A DNA stretch of 64,000 nt from Octopus vulgaris (Eukaryota), in assembly GCA_951406725.2 (NCBI GenBank), contig OX597814.1:97898001-97962000 (forward strand). Direction: 5' to 3'. Both the position numbers and the translations under genes were made by a program. The notes under the pieces were generated by a model. It ran no database searches. It was not told the DNA's origin and saw nothing but the letters and a program-made list of their open reading frames with translations. Below, piece after piece: positions 59,643-64,000 of this stretch (its first letter is position 1; each line of letters starts with the position of its first letter).

Positions 59643-62204
59643 TTACATTATTGCAAATAATGCCTGTCATTCTTTATTTCTTAAAAGACCTGTCCTTCAC
59701 AGCAGAAATGTTAATTTCTGTATCCCCTGTTGAAGAGGATTGGCCTGCAAGAGTCCTATGCTGGTGCCATATAAAAATCACTCATGCCAGCACCATGTAA
59801 AAGTGCTTGTGCTGGTGCCAAGTTAAAAGCACTCAACACATGGATGTTAAAGGATGATTATGATGAACAAACAAGAATAATTTTGGAGGTGTATTTGCCT
59901 GGCAAATGATTTAAATATGTTAAATTCAATTGCACCAACTGCGACCTAGACACTGACACAAATTGAAGATAACAGTCTGTGTGTTTTTGAATGACTAATA
60001 TGTGCCTTCCATGCTGTAGAAAAGAATATTTTCCCTTTAAACAGCAATGTTTACTGAAAGAATATATATTTGGCATTACAGTTTGTTAAAATTTGTTTAG
60101 AATTGCAGTTATTTAAAAACAGAAATGAAAATATCAAATACTGTTAGAAGTGATATTATCAGAACTGGCATAAATTTGTGAGAGATTGTAAGCTTTAACT
60201 GTCTCAAAGATAAGAGACATATACCAGATAAACTAAGTAATAAAGGGTCATAAGGACTACTACAAAGTTAAAACAAAGTAGGTTTGTGATGAATAGATTG
60301 AATGTATACTACCATGTGAAACTTGGCAAAGAGCAAACTGTTCAACTTTGCAGTTATTGATTTGTGTCAAGTCACCCATTGAGTGAGTATACCCATGGAT
60401 CAAAGGCACCCTAGTTATGACCATCTCTTTTGTACATTAAGGACAACATTATCTGATGAGTCTTTTTTTAAGATGGTAATATGTGAGTTGAAGATTTGGC
60501 TGCTATTTCTAGCTTGTTGAGTGACTGTAGAGGCTCTGTTAACTTGATTGCTCTGAATACAGTGAGATAACAAATGTTTATACTTAGGTTGCAGATCTAA
60601 AACTTGACCAACATGATTTAAATACAGAGTGACAGAAAATTACTGAGCAGAGACCCTCAAAAATCAAGGAGATTATCACAATCTGTGAATCTTATATGAA
60701 TTTTGCATCACCAATACTTTTAGCTGATTGAGAACCACACCCCTTGCTTGAAACATCACAATTACTTTCTATTTGAAATACTTTATCTTAACTGACTGTA
60801 ACTTATCCTTTGGATATGATCAAATTCCCAATGATGATCATATTGAAGGTGAGAGAGAGAAACTAATTCATTCTTTCAAAGCTAAGATTTCACATCATCA
60901 TCAGCATTCTAAAAGTTAGCTATAATTGTATAGGAAATATTGCCATGGTAATATTGCCTAGATATGCGAAACACACCGACACAATATCCATTGCAATAAT
61001 GGGATACATATAGTTGCTCAACTTACTTAAGATAGTAGTCAAACATCCGTCAACCTTTTCTCAAGATCCCACACATAAGAGGGAAAAGATTGGACCATAT
61101 AGTTTCTGGTTGCACTACAGCTGAAAAAATGATGGAACAGTCAGGGTTAGAACAGCTTTGATCAGACTATGGAGCTAAACAATAACTACACAAATCAAGT
61201 GCTTGGAAAAAGTACAGGTAAAAACGTGTTGAGAAGAATTATACTGGGCCCATAAAAAATATATCTAAGATCATGTATGTATAATACATCTACACCTCCA
61301 GGAAAGGAAAAAAAGACTTCACTCTCTTAGTAAATTTGGAATTTGAAAGAGTACCTAATTGATAAAACTACAAAGTTGTCTGTAAATGAAAGTTTACATT
61401 AATGCATCAAAGAGATGCTCTCTGTGATGACCTAAAGCACAAGAATCTCATGCAGGTTTTTGAGAAGCTCTACTAAAACCATGTCTTCATTGTACCACGA
61501 GATTGAGAAGCAATGTGTAGTGACTTCCTTGACTGGTCATCAGTGCGATTGCACTTGGAGAAATTCTCAATGGGTGATGTACAGGTTGGTTGCCCATCTA
61601 TTTTTTTCACATCATCAGTTCATTATTTCTTCTGTGGTTTTATGCAACAAAACTTGCTTGAGATAATACCAGGCAAGATGGTTTGCTGTGGTATATCAGT
61701 TTCTGCTAACATACAATGTTTAATAGGCTTAGCTGATTGATCAAGGACATAGGTGTCAATCTTGCAAGATTTATGGAACCTGGAGCAGTGGTATTGAATT
61801 GCTGACTTGATAGCAAACACATCTTACATAATTCTTTCCAACAATAGAGAGAATGGAAGCCCACTTGAGCAGAAATTGGTTATTGGTAAAACACCTTTGG
61901 TAGACAATGCAGAACCAATGTGGAAGTCTCTACATGGTGAATTGACTTGTTAGAAATAGCAGCCAAATTACCATCAAATTGTACTCTACAATCATATAAA
62001 AGGGAACATATTGACTAAAGGAGTTTCTGATATAGAAAACAAAAGGGTGGTTATGGTTGGAAAGTCATTAACCATAGATTTCTTTGGTCAGAGTTGACTT
62101 GAAGCTAAACAATAACAAAACCAAGAAATAGTTTGCAACAACCTGTTATACTCACTCAACAACTGGCTTTTGATAGGTACAATGTGAATATGAAGAAATT
62201 GCAT

Positions 62205-62644
62205 GGAGTGCTAAGAGCACCATCCTAACGTGATCGTTGCCAGAGCAGCTAACTGGCTTCTGTGCCGGTGGCATGTAAAAAGCACCATTCAAGCGTGATC
62301 GTTACCAGAGTGGCCTTACTGGCACTTGTGCCGGTGACATGTGAAAAAACATTCGAGCGAGGTCGTTGCCAGTGCTGGACTGGCTCCTGTGCAGATGGCA
62401 CCTAAAACACACCATTCGAGCGTGGCCGTTGCCAGTACCGCCTGACTGGCCCTCGTGCCGGTGGCACGTAAAAGCACCCACTACACTCTCGGAGTGGTTA
62501 GCGTTAGGAAGGACACCCAGCTGTAGAAACTCTGCCAGATCAAGATTGGAGCCTGGTGCAGCCATCTGGTTCGCCAGTCCTCAGTCAAATCGTCCAACCC
62601 ATGCTAGCATGGAAAGCGAACGTTGAACGATGATGATGATGATG
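62205..62644 (+). mobile_element. RTE 3' UTR copy
   Basis: Modules plus (GAT)n tail. Confidence 0.85.
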
Positions 62645-64000
62645 TTAGTTTCTCACTAATATATTTCTTTACTACCCACAAGGGGTAGTTTCTCACTAAT
62701 AGCCAATGAAATAACTAACAGTAAATACAGGCGTTTGGTTCAATTGATTACATCTTTTTCTCACTCTCACTCCCTTTATCACATTTGCTTACTTGCTTGC
62801 TTATGATGACCCATCAAAAGTGACGGCAGCGTTGATCCAGGACATTCATCCTTCTCTGCCTCCAACACATTGTTTCTCATGGGAGCAGACATGGTTGAGA
62901 AAACTGATATGAGAGAAACACTCCTGTAGCACTGAGGGCACAGAAAGTGACCCTGAACAACAGCTGCATAGGGCTGATGATGTCTCCTCTTCCTCCATAC
63001 AGTTTCCTGTGTTTCGTTTCAAAGCTCTGTACTCCAGAATCACACATAAGCTTGCATACCTTCTGATTAATAGGCATGTGTTCAACCATAAGATTTTTAT
63101 AAACTTTCAAGAGAATGCGAAATAATTCTTTTTTGGAACAGTAAATCCTGCAGCACAAAGCTATAAATGAAAGCTTATGAGGCTACCTTCGACACGTTTT
63201 GTATCCAAAAGAGGTTTTTCAACCCGATATTTACGTTCTATTATTTATAGCCTTGAGCCTGTTTCAAGAAAAGAATTAATCCAGTATTCACAGACACGCA
63301 CATGCATGTGTGCAGAGAACTAATTATCCATTTGATTTAACTGGAGAGAAAGAAAGACAGAGAGAATTAATGTACTTACCCCCCCCCGCACACACATTTA
63401 TTTAATTTAACTGAGAAGGAGAGAAAGAGACAGATAGAAAGCTAGTAGGTGTAAATGCGTTCATTTTGAAATGCATGTTCCATCATGTTCTATCGTAATT
63501 GTGGATGTAAAGGAGTTTCTGAGTAACCTTAAATGATTCGTCCTGCTTTTCCCACTAATTATCGACCCAAAGTTTAAAATAAACAACCCCACCACAAAAA
63601 ACAAAACAAGAAAGTATTCTGTTAGCCATAGTTTTGTTAAAACCCATTTTTTTTTTACGATCGTTCGAACTTTACAAAAGTAAGATGGCGGACTTAGTGA
63701 AACAAACTGCATTAAGTGAAAGGTAAACAAATGATGGTTAATAATACATTTGATTACACACACATGCACATGTATGTACATACATACATGCAAAACATCA
63801 CACGTGCACATACGTTTGTACATACATGCATGTATACATACAAACATAAATTCGTACATACATTAAAATAGAAAGGATCAATTAAATCAAGGCAAATTAA
63901 CATAGAAGCATCTCCGCAAGTTTTTGGCTTGGTCGATTGCTCCATATAAACTTCTAGGTGATTCAACTGTTCAGATCAGCAGTCAATACTAAGTTTAAAC

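Noticed and set aside
61360-61930. Coding-looking sequence with short ORFs
   Set aside because: Many stops, no splice structure; faint RT-like words (LLERIM) suggest an ancient LINE relic. Same judgement for 22150..22560 and 48130..49050.

Overview
AT-rich, intron- and repeat-dense animal DNA; the SINE/LINE families and microsatellites look like an octopus (inference). Three spliced genes can be rebuilt exon by exon with GT-AG introns and consistent phases. (1) The 3' part of DNAJC10/ERdj5 (+, <1..15747, 14 exons in window, ending KHDEF*). (2) A complete DDX52/ROK1 DEAD-box helicase (-, 22866..46642, 16 exons, 590 aa). (3) A complete NDUFS8 complex I subunit (+, 47136..59514, 6 exons, 208 aa). 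DDX52 and NDUFS8 are head-to-head with 493 bp between start codons. Introns hold a decayed mariner with a nested 5'-truncated RTE LINE, many RTE 3'-tail copies, several tRNA-derived SINE families, TTAA-flanked MITEs, CR1 3' ends and a probable Helitron. No new multi-gene system is evident. The most notable signals are a SINE whose target-site duplication copied a DDX52 splice donor, an apparent AATATT tail-annealing target rule for that SINE family, two short locally templated insertions, a PHD finger inside the RTE reverse transcriptase region, and near-identical inverted RTE tails bracketing DDX52 exons. Exon coordinates were read by hand and are phase-checked; repeat boundaries are approximate.
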